Shown here: piece by piece, positions 52,765 through 62,739 of the stretch | Layout: the number at the start of each line of letters is the position of its first letter | Position numbering within the stretch: position 1 is the first letter of the stretch | Source of the DNA: a virus | Lineage: Duplodnaviria; Caudoviricetes | DNA: 64,000 nucleotides | IMG/VR virus record: IMGVR_UViG_3300023174_000037 | Reading direction: 5' to 3' (one strand) | Made by a program: the position numbers and the translations under genes | Notes under the pieces: generated by a model | The model's input: only the letters and a program-made list of their open reading frames with translations | Database searches by the model: none | Told to the model about the DNA's origin: nothing

Positions 52765-53521
52765 ACGCGGTTATCTTATACCAGCTGTTGACTCAGAATC
52801 TGTAGACTACTTGGCCTGCGCTCGACAACTGGCTCAATCTATTCGTCAGTGGCACCCAGATGCCAACATCTCTGCAATAACAGTCAAACGATGTGACGAT
52901 CCAGTGTTTGATCATGTTATTCCGTTGCCGTATGGAGACTTAGGTGGGTTTGCTAACGATTGGCAATGTTTTGCCGCCAGCCCATACAGACAAACTATTA
53001 AATTGGAAGCCGACATGTTTGTGGCCAGTCCTATTGATCATTGGTGGACATTATTTGAAAAACGAGATGTTGTGATTAGCCAAGGGTGCAAAGATTTGAC
53101 CAACCAGCCTAGTGATAATAGAACCTATCGCAAACTGTTTGACACCAATTCTTTACCAGATGTGTATAACGCTGTTACCTATTGGAGACTAAGTGCCCAG
53201 GCCAAAGAATTTTTTGAATTGGTACGAAACATATTTGAAAATTGGGATCGATTCAAAACCCTGCTCAAATTTCCAGACGAAGTGGCAACAACAGATGTAG
53301 TGTATGCTATGGCCGCAGTGATTATGGGAGTAGAAACAGTTACACTTCCTAAAGGAATGGGCCCAATGATCACACACATGAAAAGATATATTATACCCAC
53401 ACTCACAGACAACTGGACACAAGAACTGGTCTGGGAAGCAACCAACCCAGGACTTAGAATACATACAGTAGCACAATCAGGATTTGTTCATTATCACATT
53501 AAAGATTGGAGAATTGCATGA
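52748..53521 (+). CDS. GT-A fold glycosyltransferase-like protein
   Basis: RGYLIPA...DYLACA...SPYRQTIKLEADM; paralogous pattern to the preceding gene. Confidence 0.6.
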   Translation: MPILAERGYLIPAVDSESVDYLACARQLAQSIRQWHPDANISAITVKRCDDPVFDHVIPLPYGDLGGFANDWQCFAASPYRQTIKLEADMFVASPIDHWWTLFEKRDVVISQGCKDLTNQPSDNRTYRKLFDTNSLPDVYNAVTYWRLSAQAKEFFELVRNIFENWDRFKTLLKFPDEVATTDVVYAMAAVIMGVETVTLPKGMGPMITHMKRYIIPTLTDNWTQELVWEATNPGLRIHTVAQSGFVHYHIKDWRIA

Positions 53522-53793
53522 GTAAAGACGAAGACAAAATCAAACACAGCAAACGGTTGTTAAAAGATACCAATGCCATTAACAAACAAGTCAAGATAGC
53601 CAAAGCACACGGACTTACAAACAACGATCCTATACTGGCAGAACCACACCGACTGGCCAAACATCATGCAATGGATTGTGGTAATCCTGAATGCTATCTA
53701 TGCGGCAATCCTCGCAAAACGCACAAAGATAAATTAACTATACAAGAAAAACGCAGCAATCAAAAGGTTGACGATGACAACGCCAATGACTGA
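53518..53793 (+). CDS. small basic protein with a possible Zn-binding motif
   Basis: HHAMDCGNPECYLCGNPR; start probably 53518 (ATGA overlap). Confidence 0.55.
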   Translation: MSKDEDKIKHSKRLLKDTNAINKQVKIAKAHGLTNNDPILAEPHRLAKHHAMDCGNPECYLCGNPRKTHKDKLTIQEKRSNQKVDDDNAND

Positions 53794-54133
53794 AGAAGAA
53801 TTTTTCAGTATATGGCAAAGTCAAGTATCGGCCGTACACGGTGATCCAGAGTATCGATTATACTATGATGAAAACGGATTTCCGTTATTTTACAGCATGG
53901 AGCCGTTGCCAGGTAATTACATAGTTGTTGATCAAGAAACATATCTAAACAGTCCTAAACACATCAGAGTATTGAATGAAAAATTAGTAGTATACCAAAC
54001 AAACTTTGCCAAGAAAATAGTGCCTGTGGGATACGGACAAGCCTGTGATCCTAGAAATGTTTGCGTAGTTGTCGACGTTGATCAGCCACACACCAAATGG
54101 AGTTTAAAACATCAGGATCCACCAAATGACTAA
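53768..54133 (+). CDS. hypothetical protein
   Basis: 121 aa ORF overlapping both neighbours in operon fashion. Confidence 0.55.
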   Translation: MTMTTPMTEEEFFSIWQSQVSAVHGDPEYRLYYDENGFPLFYSMEPLPGNYIVVDQETYLNSPKHIRVLNEKLVVYQTNFAKKIVPVGYGQACDPRNVCVVVDVDQPHTKWSLKHQDPPND

Positions 54134-55058
54134 AAAAATTGACATAGCAGATTTAGACTGCATTTACTTGACATACGACGAACCACAGAAAGAAGAGTTC
54201 TGGGTGAAGATACGCAATATGATTCCTTGGGCAAAACGTGTTGACGGGGTCAAAGGATCAGATGCCGCACACAAGGCCGCTGGTGCTGCCAGTGACACTG
54301 AACGTTTCGTCTTGATAGACGGCGATAACATGCCAGATGCAAGATTCTTTAACCTTACAATGGAGTTTCCAGATGGTGAGTGGGAAAATGCAGTGTTTCG
54401 TTGGCGAGCCCGTAATCATATCAATGGCTTGATGTATGGCAACGGAGGACTAAGCTCGTGGACCAGAGCGTTTGTTAACAATATGAAAACGCATGAAGCT
54501 ACTACAGGCACAGTAGAAACCGAAGTGGAGTTTTGTTTTGATCCATTGTATTGGCCCATGTACGATTGTTATAGTACGACTTATCCTAACGGATCGGCAT
54601 TTCATGCATGGCGAGCCGGTTTCCGCGAAGGAGTCAAGATGTGTTTAAATCGTGGTACCAGACCCACTGTGTCAGAATTTCGAGATCGAGTGCATCAACG
54701 TAACTTAGATCATTTAACTATTTGGCACAATGTTGGCAGAGATGTTGAACACGGCATTTGGGCCATTGCTGGCAGCAGAATGGGCACCTACATGACCATG
54801 ATCACTCCACAGTGGGATCATCGTGTGGTGCAAGATTTCGCCGAATTAGAACAACTGTGGAACACTGTAAAAGATTCAGATCCAGAACTGTTGGCCGGAC
54901 GAGTTGCAGAAGATCTAGTTGCACAATTAGACTTGCCCATCAACATGATGCAGGAAAATGAAAGTGCATTCTTCAAGCAACACTATCGCAGCAACTGGCA
55001 TAACCGCGGAGTGATGACTAGAGAAATGGATGTAATTAGACAGCAAGAAGGTTGGTAA
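54126..55058 (+). CDS. glycosyltransferase-like protein
   Basis: DCIYLTYDEP...RVDGVKGSDAAHKAA...FVLIDGDN (DxD)...YGNGG...WRAGFREGVKM. Confidence 0.55.
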   Translation: MTKKIDIADLDCIYLTYDEPQKEEFWVKIRNMIPWAKRVDGVKGSDAAHKAAGAASDTERFVLIDGDNMPDARFFNLTMEFPDGEWENAVFRWRARNHINGLMYGNGGLSSWTRAFVNNMKTHEATTGTVETEVEFCFDPLYWPMYDCYSTTYPNGSAFHAWRAGFREGVKMCLNRGTRPTVSEFRDRVHQRNLDHLTIWHNVGRDVEHGIWAIAGSRMGTYMTMITPQWDHRVVQDFAELEQLWNTVKDSDPELLAGRVAEDLVAQLDLPINMMQENESAFFKQHYRSNWHNRGVMTREMDVIRQQEGW

Positions 55059-55124
55059 CTAATGAAGTCTAATGCATATTATAATTTCTTTACTAGACAG
55101 TGTTTAATTCTGTTTATAGCATAA

Positions 55125-56531
55125 ATGGATATATTATTTTGTTCAGTCCCTGGCACATTTAGTTCGCGCCCTACACTGGCCCCAGCCATATTAAAAGCCT
55201 GTGCAACCCGCGCCGGATTTGATGCCGTGGCCGTGGACCTTAATATTGAAATCTATAACCAAATACTTAAACATCCTAAACAAAAACTATTAGAAGAATT
55301 TTTTCAATTACAAAAAATACATGAAGATATTGTGGAAGATATCGGTGATTTACTTGACTATTGTGTGGATAGGATTTCAAGTTTAAATCCTCGCATATTA
55401 GGACTTAGTCTACTCACACAAGACAGTCAATTTTTTACAGTCTGGTTGTGCTATCATCTTAAAACACTTTACCCAGATCTCAAGATTGTAATTGGTGGAA
55501 GTGGCATCAAAAATTTTATAGCAGAATCTAAAATTAATTTTGCTGATTTATTAAAAACAAAAGGATATATCGACGATTATATCAACGGCGATGGTGAATA
55601 TAGTGTTGTAGAATATCTTAAAAATAATCTACACTATCCGGGTATAAATTCAGGAACCTGGAAACCTGTTGACGATTTAAATGTTTTGCCTTACTCTGAT
55701 TTCTCCGACTATGACTTTGCTCAATATCAAGAATGTGGTATACCTATCTGCGACAGTCGAGGATGTGTAAGAACTTGTGAATTCTGTGACATCATTGAGC
55801 ATTGGAAAAAATATCAATACAGAACAGCCGACAATATATTTAAAGAAATGCAACATCAAATTGCAAAACATAATATCACAAGATTCTTTTTTTACAATAG
55901 TTTGACCAATGGCAATATGAAAGAATTTCAAAAACTGTTGGATCTAATATGCAACTATAATACTAACAATCCTTTGGCACAAATTTCCTGGGATGGATAT
56001 TTCATAGTTAGAGGTAGAGCACAACATCCAGAAGAATTTTGGCAGAAAATTAAAAAATCCAATGGGGTTTTGCTATTGGGCATCGAAAGTGTTATAGAAA
56101 AAGTTAGAATTGCACTTGGTAAGAATTTTACCAATGAAGACATTGACTATCATCTAGATATGGCTAAAAAATATTCTGTTCCATTATTATTGCTGTTGAT
56201 TGTGGGCTACCCAACCGAAACCCAACAAGATTTTGAATTTACAAAACAATGGTTTCGCGAGCGACAACACTATGCTCATACACCAATATTTCAAGTGACA
56301 TTTACATTGGCTGCCATATTACCTAATACCAAACTAGAAAGAAAACAACAAGAATACGGCATTGTTCGCGGAGAAATACCCACAATATGGATGACCCAGG
56401 TAAATGAAATTTCTACGCAAGATAGAATAAATTATTTCAATGAATTAAACAACCTATTAGAATCGTTGGGTATGTCCATAACCAATGGCGGATCTAGTAT
56501 GGACATAACCGCTGATGAACTGATATCATGA
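55125..56531 (+). CDS. cobalamin-binding radical SAM protein
   Basis: N-terminal B12-binding pattern (PTLAPAILKA, ILGLSLL, IVIGG, GDGE), SRGCVRTCEFC (CxxxCxxC), GIES and IVGYPTET. Confidence 0.85.
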   Translation: MDILFCSVPGTFSSRPTLAPAILKACATRAGFDAVAVDLNIEIYNQILKHPKQKLLEEFFQLQKIHEDIVEDIGDLLDYCVDRISSLNPRILGLSLLTQDSQFFTVWLCYHLKTLYPDLKIVIGGSGIKNFIAESKINFADLLKTKGYIDDYINGDGEYSVVEYLKNNLHYPGINSGTWKPVDDLNVLPYSDFSDYDFAQYQECGIPICDSRGCVRTCEFCDIIEHWKKYQYRTADNIFKEMQHQIAKHNITRFFFYNSLTNGNMKEFQKLLDLICNYNTNNPLAQISWDGYFIVRGRAQHPEEFWQKIKKSNGVLLLGIESVIEKVRIALGKNFTNEDIDYHLDMAKKYSVPLLLLLIVGYPTETQQDFEFTKQWFRERQHYAHTPIFQVTFTLAAILPNTKLERKQQEYGIVRGEIPTIWMTQVNEISTQDRINYFNELNNLLESLGMSITNGGSSMDITADELIS

Positions 56532-56989
56532 AAGTAAATTTAACTTTATTATGCTCGAATACATGTTGCAACGGATCAATTAAAATTGAAATGTTTGACC
56601 AAAAAAAGCTAATTTACACAGGTGAAAATTTAATAGATGGGCCTATGCGTATTGATTGTTCAATAGACTGGCCAACTACAGTAAACATAATTACCAGCAA
56701 TAAACACCCAAACGATATGGAAATTGACGAATCTGGTAATATACTCAAAGACAAATCAATAGAAGTAACAGGAATATTAATAAACAATTTTCCTGTAAAT
56801 CAGGACCTGATTGACAAACTTTTTATATGTTGTAAAGCAGGATCTTCGGATATTACTTATGAAAATTGGTGGGGATTCAATGGAAGTATAAAAATTGAAT
56901 TCAATCAATCTTCGCCAATGAGATATATGTTGGCTTTAAAAAATGAATTTAATATGAATCGATTACATTGGGATACAAATGCACAATAA
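56528..56989 (+). CDS. hypothetical protein
   Basis: 153 aa AT-rich ORF, ATGA-coupled to the B12 radical SAM gene. Confidence 0.55.
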   Translation: MKVNLTLLCSNTCCNGSIKIEMFDQKKLIYTGENLIDGPMRIDCSIDWPTTVNIITSNKHPNDMEIDESGNILKDKSIEVTGILINNFPVNQDLIDKLFICCKAGSSDITYENWWGFNGSIKIEFNQSSPMRYMLALKNEFNMNRLHWDTNAQ

Positions 56990-58394
56990 AGGTGATGAAG
57001 TCGTAACCGACTTTAAATCAAAGTTCTTAGGTGATGCAGAGTTCATGAAGGCAAATCTTGGTCCTGCACTCTGCCTGGCCAAATGGAAACAGGTCAGTTT
57101 ACATTTACCAACAGGACTGAATAATAGTTGTTACCACCCGCCGTTGCATGCCATTGATGCTACACTGTTGACCAACAATCCCAGCGCACTACACAACACT
57201 CCGCACAAGAAAGAACAGCGTAAGATCATGTTGCGGCAAGAGCGTCCCACTGAATGCTCTTACTGTTGGACGATGGAAGACAACAGTAAATTAAGCGACA
57301 GGCATTATCGTTCGGGCGAGCCATGGGCTGCTAAAGACTTTGATACGGTAGTAAACTCAACAGGAGAAGAGGATGTTGACCCTAGTTACGTTGAAGTCAA
57401 TTTTAATCATGCTTGTAATCTTGCATGTAGCTATTGCAGTCCGCAGTTTTCGAGCACCTGGCAGCAAGAAGTTGACACCCACGGTGGATACCCTACTTCA
57501 ACTGTCCACAATGATCCTAGCCACTTCCGTGGGCGCAATCGTCCTATACCTGTTCGTGAACACAATCCTTATGTAGATGCCTTTTGGGAATGGTGGCCTA
57601 CCCTATACCCAGAACTAGAACACTTTCGCATGACTGGCGGCGAGCCCTTGTTGGATAAAAATACCTATCGTGTGTTTGACTATGTGTTGGCCAACCCTAA
57701 ATCTGACTTGCATTTGAATGTAACGTCAAACTTTAGTGTAGATGAAAAATCATGGCAGAAATACAAAGGCTATGTCAAACAATTATGTGAAGGAGAAAAG
57801 ATTGAACACTTCATGCAATTTGTCAGTTTGGACAGTTGGTTCGAACAGGCTGAATATATTAGGCACGGATTAGATTTTGGTCTACTGTGGGATCGTGTAA
57901 ATCAATTCCTAACAGATATTCCAGGGCGCAATAGTATTACATTTATTATTACCATGAACAATCTTGCCGTGCCTGGCGTTGGAAAACTGTTATCAGGTAT
58001 ATTAGGACTACGTCAAATCTACAGCAAAACTTATCAACGTGTTTGGTTTGATACTCCAGTGTTACGCACACCTACGTGGCAGAGCATACAGATATTGCCA
58101 GAAAGTTATGTAGAGCAACTTGAAACTGCGTGGGCATTTATGCTTAAAAATATTGAAACAGAAGAAACCCGGTTCCAAGGCTTCAAAGACTATGAGATAG
58201 CCAGAATGGACCGAGACATTGCTTGGATGCGTGACGGACAGCGATTAGATCCTGCATATATTAATCAAAATAAAGCAGACTTTTATCGCTTTTTTAAAGA
58301 AGCGGATCGCAGACACGGCACTGACTTTTTAACTGTGTTTCCAGAAATGACAGCCTGGTGGGCAGATTGTGAGTATCATGCTAGGCAATCATAA
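56979..58394 (+). CDS. radical SAM protein with N-terminal SPASM/twitch-like Cys cluster
   Basis: CLAKW...SCYHP...CSYCW, then HACNLACSYC, MTGGEPL and VTSN. Confidence 0.85.
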   Translation: MHNKGDEVVTDFKSKFLGDAEFMKANLGPALCLAKWKQVSLHLPTGLNNSCYHPPLHAIDATLLTNNPSALHNTPHKKEQRKIMLRQERPTECSYCWTMEDNSKLSDRHYRSGEPWAAKDFDTVVNSTGEEDVDPSYVEVNFNHACNLACSYCSPQFSSTWQQEVDTHGGYPTSTVHNDPSHFRGRNRPIPVREHNPYVDAFWEWWPTLYPELEHFRMTGGEPLLDKNTYRVFDYVLANPKSDLHLNVTSNFSVDEKSWQKYKGYVKQLCEGEKIEHFMQFVSLDSWFEQAEYIRHGLDFGLLWDRVNQFLTDIPGRNSITFIITMNNLAVPGVGKLLSGILGLRQIYSKTYQRVWFDTPVLRTPTWQSIQILPESYVEQLETAWAFMLKNIETEETRFQGFKDYEIARMDRDIAWMRDGQRLDPAYINQNKADFYRFFKEADRRHGTDFLTVFPEMTAWWADCEYHARQS

Positions 58395-59562
58395 ACTTAT
58401 ATTGGACACACACAGTGAAGTGTATAGAGAACTGTTGCCTTGGGCCGACGGTGAGTTTTGGGATTTAAAACAACATGAGATAGTACCCGGTGCAGTGTAT
58501 ATCATGTGCCGAGAACAGGTCAACAAGTATAACTATGAAATACAAGAATTAGCTCGCAGTGGCCAGGTAACAGTAATATTAGACAATGCCGCAGAAGGAA
58601 GCGAAACACTAGTTACTTGGTGTTTTGTCAAAGGATTAATGAATCTAATAGAGGAAGGCCAAATACTATTAATTGGTGGTGGCGACATGGATCCTACCAA
58701 GTGGCCCTACATGAGTTATGAATATTTTTTACCTAAGATATTTGATTTTGACGAGAACGTTGAAACTGGCAGTCGTATCAATGAGTATTTTGCAATCACC
58801 AATAAGCCATACAAGTTCCTATTTTTAAATGGACGTATGCGTAGCCATAGAAAATACCTGTTAGAAAGATTTCAAGCAACAGGATTATTGAATCAGAGTC
58901 TGTGGACAAACCTTGATACTGATCTTGTGCTGGTTAAAAATTTACCTCAGACACGCTGGCAAAATTTTAACAATATGAATATGATCAAATTGGCATTTGA
59001 ACATGATAGCGCAGACGTTATGGAACGTCCAATTGATCTACATTTCTTACCTAAAGAATACGAAACTCCTGCATTTAGAAACAATATAGATCATTTGCCT
59101 TCTGCTGGCACGGTCAAATTCAATCTATTCAACAACACTTGGGGTGATGCTGTAGTAGATGGTGCGGCCTACAGAGATACCTACTTTAGTCTAGTAACCG
59201 AAACTGTTTTTAATTACCCATACAGTTTTAGAACAGAAAAGATTTGGAAACCCATTGCTGTAGGACATCCGTGGATAGCAGTGGCCAATCGAGGCTTTTA
59301 TAGAGACATACACAATTTAGGGTTTCGAACATTTGGACACTTAATTGATGAATCATTTGATCTGACTGACAACAGTCAAGACCGTATAGAACGTATAGCT
59401 CAAGTAGTTGAGGACCTGTGCCAACAAGACCTTGCAAGTTTTTACAAAGAGTGTTATAATGTATGTAAATACAACCAACAGTTGTATACCGAAATGCGTC
59501 ACCAGGTTCCTAGAGAATTACCCGATCAGTTCCACCAATTTATCGACCGACATGTTAAATGA
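58369..59562 (+). CDS. hypothetical protein, possibly glycosyltransferase-related
   Basis: FLFLNGRMRSHR and YFSLVTET...TEKIWKPI...GFRTF..IDESFD motifs, which I associate with phage glycan-type islands; family assignment uncertain. Confidence 0.5.
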   Translation: MSIMLGNHKLILDTHSEVYRELLPWADGEFWDLKQHEIVPGAVYIMCREQVNKYNYEIQELARSGQVTVILDNAAEGSETLVTWCFVKGLMNLIEEGQILLIGGGDMDPTKWPYMSYEYFLPKIFDFDENVETGSRINEYFAITNKPYKFLFLNGRMRSHRKYLLERFQATGLLNQSLWTNLDTDLVLVKNLPQTRWQNFNNMNMIKLAFEHDSADVMERPIDLHFLPKEYETPAFRNNIDHLPSAGTVKFNLFNNTWGDAVVDGAAYRDTYFSLVTETVFNYPYSFRTEKIWKPIAVGHPWIAVANRGFYRDIHNLGFRTFGHLIDESFDLTDNSQDRIERIAQVVEDLCQQDLASFYKECYNVCKYNQQLYTEMRHQVPRELPDQFHQFIDRHVK

Positions 59563-60149
59563 AAGACTTTAAGATAACGCTTACTAACTATGAGTTTGAA
59601 ATACCCAGCAACTGGAGCATAGTAGTAATAGCTAATTACCGCACCGGCAGTACGGCCTTTTGTGATCGGCTGAGTCAAATCACTGGCCTTCCATTTTTAG
59701 GAGAAGTTTTTCATTTTAACCCATCATCGAGACCAGCAGTATATGATCCAGATCAACAAAGCATAATAAAAATTATGCCAAACCATATGCCGCCCACAGA
59801 ACATTGGGATAGGCTGTTTAATCAATCTTTTGTGATTGGGCTATATAGACAAGATTTTGCAGCCCAGGTTTTGAGTTTTGCTGTGGCTTATCACATTGGA
59901 CGTTGGCAAAAAGAAAAAAATGTTGATCTGTTGTTGCCAGCAAATTTAAACTTCTCTAATTCAAAATTGTTGCATTTTATTAAATCTCTTAGGGACAGTC
60001 AAGAAATTTGGAATGACTGCCGGCAATTTTTTGATGTTACATTATGCTACGAACAACTTATGTCAGATTTGTCTGAGTCTATATATGAGGTTATGCCCAA
60101 AATAAAGACATACGACGACACACTTGAACGAATAAGGTCAATACTATGA
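59559..60149 (+). CDS. sulfotransferase-like (P-loop) protein
   Basis: IVVIANYRTGSTAFCDRL (PAPS-binding-like), LGEVF, LYRQD...QVLS and CYEQL. Confidence 0.55.
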   Translation: MKDFKITLTNYEFEIPSNWSIVVIANYRTGSTAFCDRLSQITGLPFLGEVFHFNPSSRPAVYDPDQQSIIKIMPNHMPPTEHWDRLFNQSFVIGLYRQDFAAQVLSFAVAYHIGRWQKEKNVDLLLPANLNFSNSKLLHFIKSLRDSQEIWNDCRQFFDVTLCYEQLMSDLSESIYEVMPKIKTYDDTLERIRSIL

Positions 60150-61483
60150 ATGATTTAGAATTCAAACGTCAAGTTCTTGACACTAAAAGTGCCAGCTTCT
60201 GTGCGGCCAAATGGTACAATGCAACCATCTGGTTAGGCTCAGGACAGAGCACCAGTTGCCATCACCCACCAGCACACGCAATCGATACAGAAGCATTAAA
60301 AACAAATCCTAAAGCCATACACAATACGCCAACTAAAAAATTGGATCGTGCTATGATGCAGGCCGGCAATCGTCCACGAGGTTGTGAATACTGTTGGAAG
60401 ATTGAAGACATGGGCGTAGATGCCATCAGCGACCGTGTATATAAAAGTAAAATTTACCCATTGGAGTCATTAAATGAAGCATACAACACACCCAGTCAAG
60501 AAGATGTCAATCTTCGAACGCTTGAAATTGCATTCGATCGCACTTGCCAATTCGCTTGTAGCTATTGTAACCCTGCTTTCAGTAGCACATGGGTTCGAGA
60601 CATACAACGCAACGGCGCCTATGAGCACTTGGTGTCTGATGGGCGTGGCCACTTTACTCACACTCATGATAGTTCTCAACTATACCGTTTTGGTGAAACG
60701 AATCCATACACTGAAGCGTTCTTTAAATGGTGGGAAACAGATCTACACAAGACTCTTCAAGAACTAAGAATCACCGGCGGTGAGCCGTTAATGTCGGGTG
60801 AGACCTGGAAACTGATTGATTGGTTCAAAGACAACAAAGGCCGCAGCACAACCAAATTGGCTATTAACAGTAACTTGGGCATGGACTCAATCAAGTTACA
60901 AGAGTTTATTGCCAAGGTCAAAGACATTCCGCACCTGGAAATATACACCAGCATGGAAGCCATAGACGGACAGGCTGAGTATATTCGTGACGGGCTAGAC
61001 TACAGTCAATGGATGCACAATGTTCAAGAACTATTAGAACATGACAGTATCAAAGCAGTGCATTGTATGTGTACCATCAATGCACTTTGTCTCAACAGTT
61101 TGGATAGTTTGTTAGACCAACTGGTGCGACTAAAGCAAGTTTATGGACGAGAGCGTGTGAGTTTTACCTTAAATATTTTACGCTTTCCTAGCTTTCAAAG
61201 CCCCTTGGTGTTACCAGAACATTTACTGTTATACTATCGCAATCGATTAATCAACTGGGTAATTGCACACCAAGGTCACACATACATGCACGAACATGAG
61301 ATTAATCATCTAAGTAGATTGATTGATTATTTAGATCTTGTCAAGACTCCACACAGTGACACATTTGAAATGCCTAAGTTGCACAACGACTTTAAACAAT
61401 TTCATCAACAATATGATCAGCGCCGCGGCAAAGACTTTGTAACCACATTTCCAGTATTAAAAGATTGGTATAATTCACTATAA
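60146..61483 (+). CDS. radical SAM protein with N-terminal SPASM/twitch-like Cys cluster
   Basis: CAAKW...SCHHP...CEYCW, then RTCQFACSYC, ITGGEPL and INSN. Confidence 0.85.
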   Translation: MNDLEFKRQVLDTKSASFCAAKWYNATIWLGSGQSTSCHHPPAHAIDTEALKTNPKAIHNTPTKKLDRAMMQAGNRPRGCEYCWKIEDMGVDAISDRVYKSKIYPLESLNEAYNTPSQEDVNLRTLEIAFDRTCQFACSYCNPAFSSTWVRDIQRNGAYEHLVSDGRGHFTHTHDSSQLYRFGETNPYTEAFFKWWETDLHKTLQELRITGGEPLMSGETWKLIDWFKDNKGRSTTKLAINSNLGMDSIKLQEFIAKVKDIPHLEIYTSMEAIDGQAEYIRDGLDYSQWMHNVQELLEHDSIKAVHCMCTINALCLNSLDSLLDQLVRLKQVYGRERVSFTLNILRFPSFQSPLVLPEHLLLYYRNRLINWVIAHQGHTYMHEHEINHLSRLIDYLDLVKTPHSDTFEMPKLHNDFKQFHQQYDQRRGKDFVTTFPVLKDWYNSL

Positions 61484-62739
61484 TGTCATATAATTACAAC
61501 AGTACCGATTTAGTAAAGCCAACGGAACTTACTGAACGTGAAGAATTTTTATTAAAAGATTCTAAAACATTCTGCATCTATCCTTGGATACACCTGCATG
61601 CCTACCCCACTGGTGAAGCTTACCCTTGTTGTCATGCTGAAATGGCCTATCCTGTAGGCAACACTCGCTTCAAGACTCTAGAAGACATTTATCGAGACGC
61701 ACCCATGCGTGAGTTGCGAAAAGACATGTTGAACGAGCAATTCAATCCAGCCTGTAACCGTTGTTACGAGCAAGAAGAATCTGGGTTCTTTAGTGGTCGC
61801 AAGAGTGCCAACAAGCATCATGGACATCATATCAAACGTATAGACGATGATAAGTTTCAAATGAGTTACTGGGACATACGTTTCAGTAACTTGTGTAATC
61901 TCAGTTGCCGCAGTTGCGGGCATATATTCAGTAGCAGTTGGTATCAAGATCAGGCCAAACTAGCCGGCGGCGATTGGAAAGATCGCAATCAGGTGTTGAA
62001 CTATGCTGGGCGGACCGAAACAGACATGTGGGAACAGCTGGTTCCACATTTGGACTATGTAGAGCAGATCTACTTTGCAGGTGGCGAACCGCTAATGATG
62101 ACAGAACATTACAATATCCTAGATGAACTAGAACGTCGTGGCCGTTTTGACGTTAGACTCATATACAATACAAACTTTACACATGTCAAACTAAAAGATC
62201 GCACAGTGTTTGATTACTGGAAAAAGTTTAAAAGTGTAGCAGTTGGCGCAAGTTTAGATGCAATGGGTCCACGTGCAGAGTATATTCGCAAAGGCACAGA
62301 GTGGGACACTGTAGAACGCAACCGGAGACAAATGCTTGAAATATGCCCCAACGTGGATTTTTATATAAGTCCTACACTAAGCATAATGAATGCCTTGCAT
62401 CTGCCAGACTTTCATCGTAGTTGGGTTGACCAGGGTTTTATTCGTCCGCAAGACTTAAATGTAAATATCTTACAAGACCCCAAGCATTTGCGAATTGATA
62501 TAGCACCTGCCAGCTACAAACAGCAGCTTAAAATTAAATTTGAACAACACTTAGAATGGTTACGTCCCCAGGATCCATTGAATCGCGCCACAGTGGGATT
62601 TGAAAGTGCCATTAATTTTATGATGGCATCGGACAACACACAGCTAATAGATTCTTTTTGGCGTAAAACATACGACTTGGATTCAATAAGAAAAGAAAAT
62701 ATACTAGCAGTAATTCCAGAGTTGGCGGCACTCAAATGA
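61483..62739 (+). CDS. radical SAM protein with N-terminal SPASM/twitch-like Cys cluster
   Basis: CIYPW...PCC...CNRCY, then NLCNLSCRSC, FAGGEPL and YNTN. Confidence 0.88.
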   Translation: MSYNYNSTDLVKPTELTEREEFLLKDSKTFCIYPWIHLHAYPTGEAYPCCHAEMAYPVGNTRFKTLEDIYRDAPMRELRKDMLNEQFNPACNRCYEQEESGFFSGRKSANKHHGHHIKRIDDDKFQMSYWDIRFSNLCNLSCRSCGHIFSSSWYQDQAKLAGGDWKDRNQVLNYAGRTETDMWEQLVPHLDYVEQIYFAGGEPLMMTEHYNILDELERRGRFDVRLIYNTNFTHVKLKDRTVFDYWKKFKSVAVGASLDAMGPRAEYIRKGTEWDTVERNRRQMLEICPNVDFYISPTLSIMNALHLPDFHRSWVDQGFIRPQDLNVNILQDPKHLRIDIAPASYKQQLKIKFEQHLEWLRPQDPLNRATVGFESAINFMMASDNTQLIDSFWRKTYDLDSIRKENILAVIPELAALK

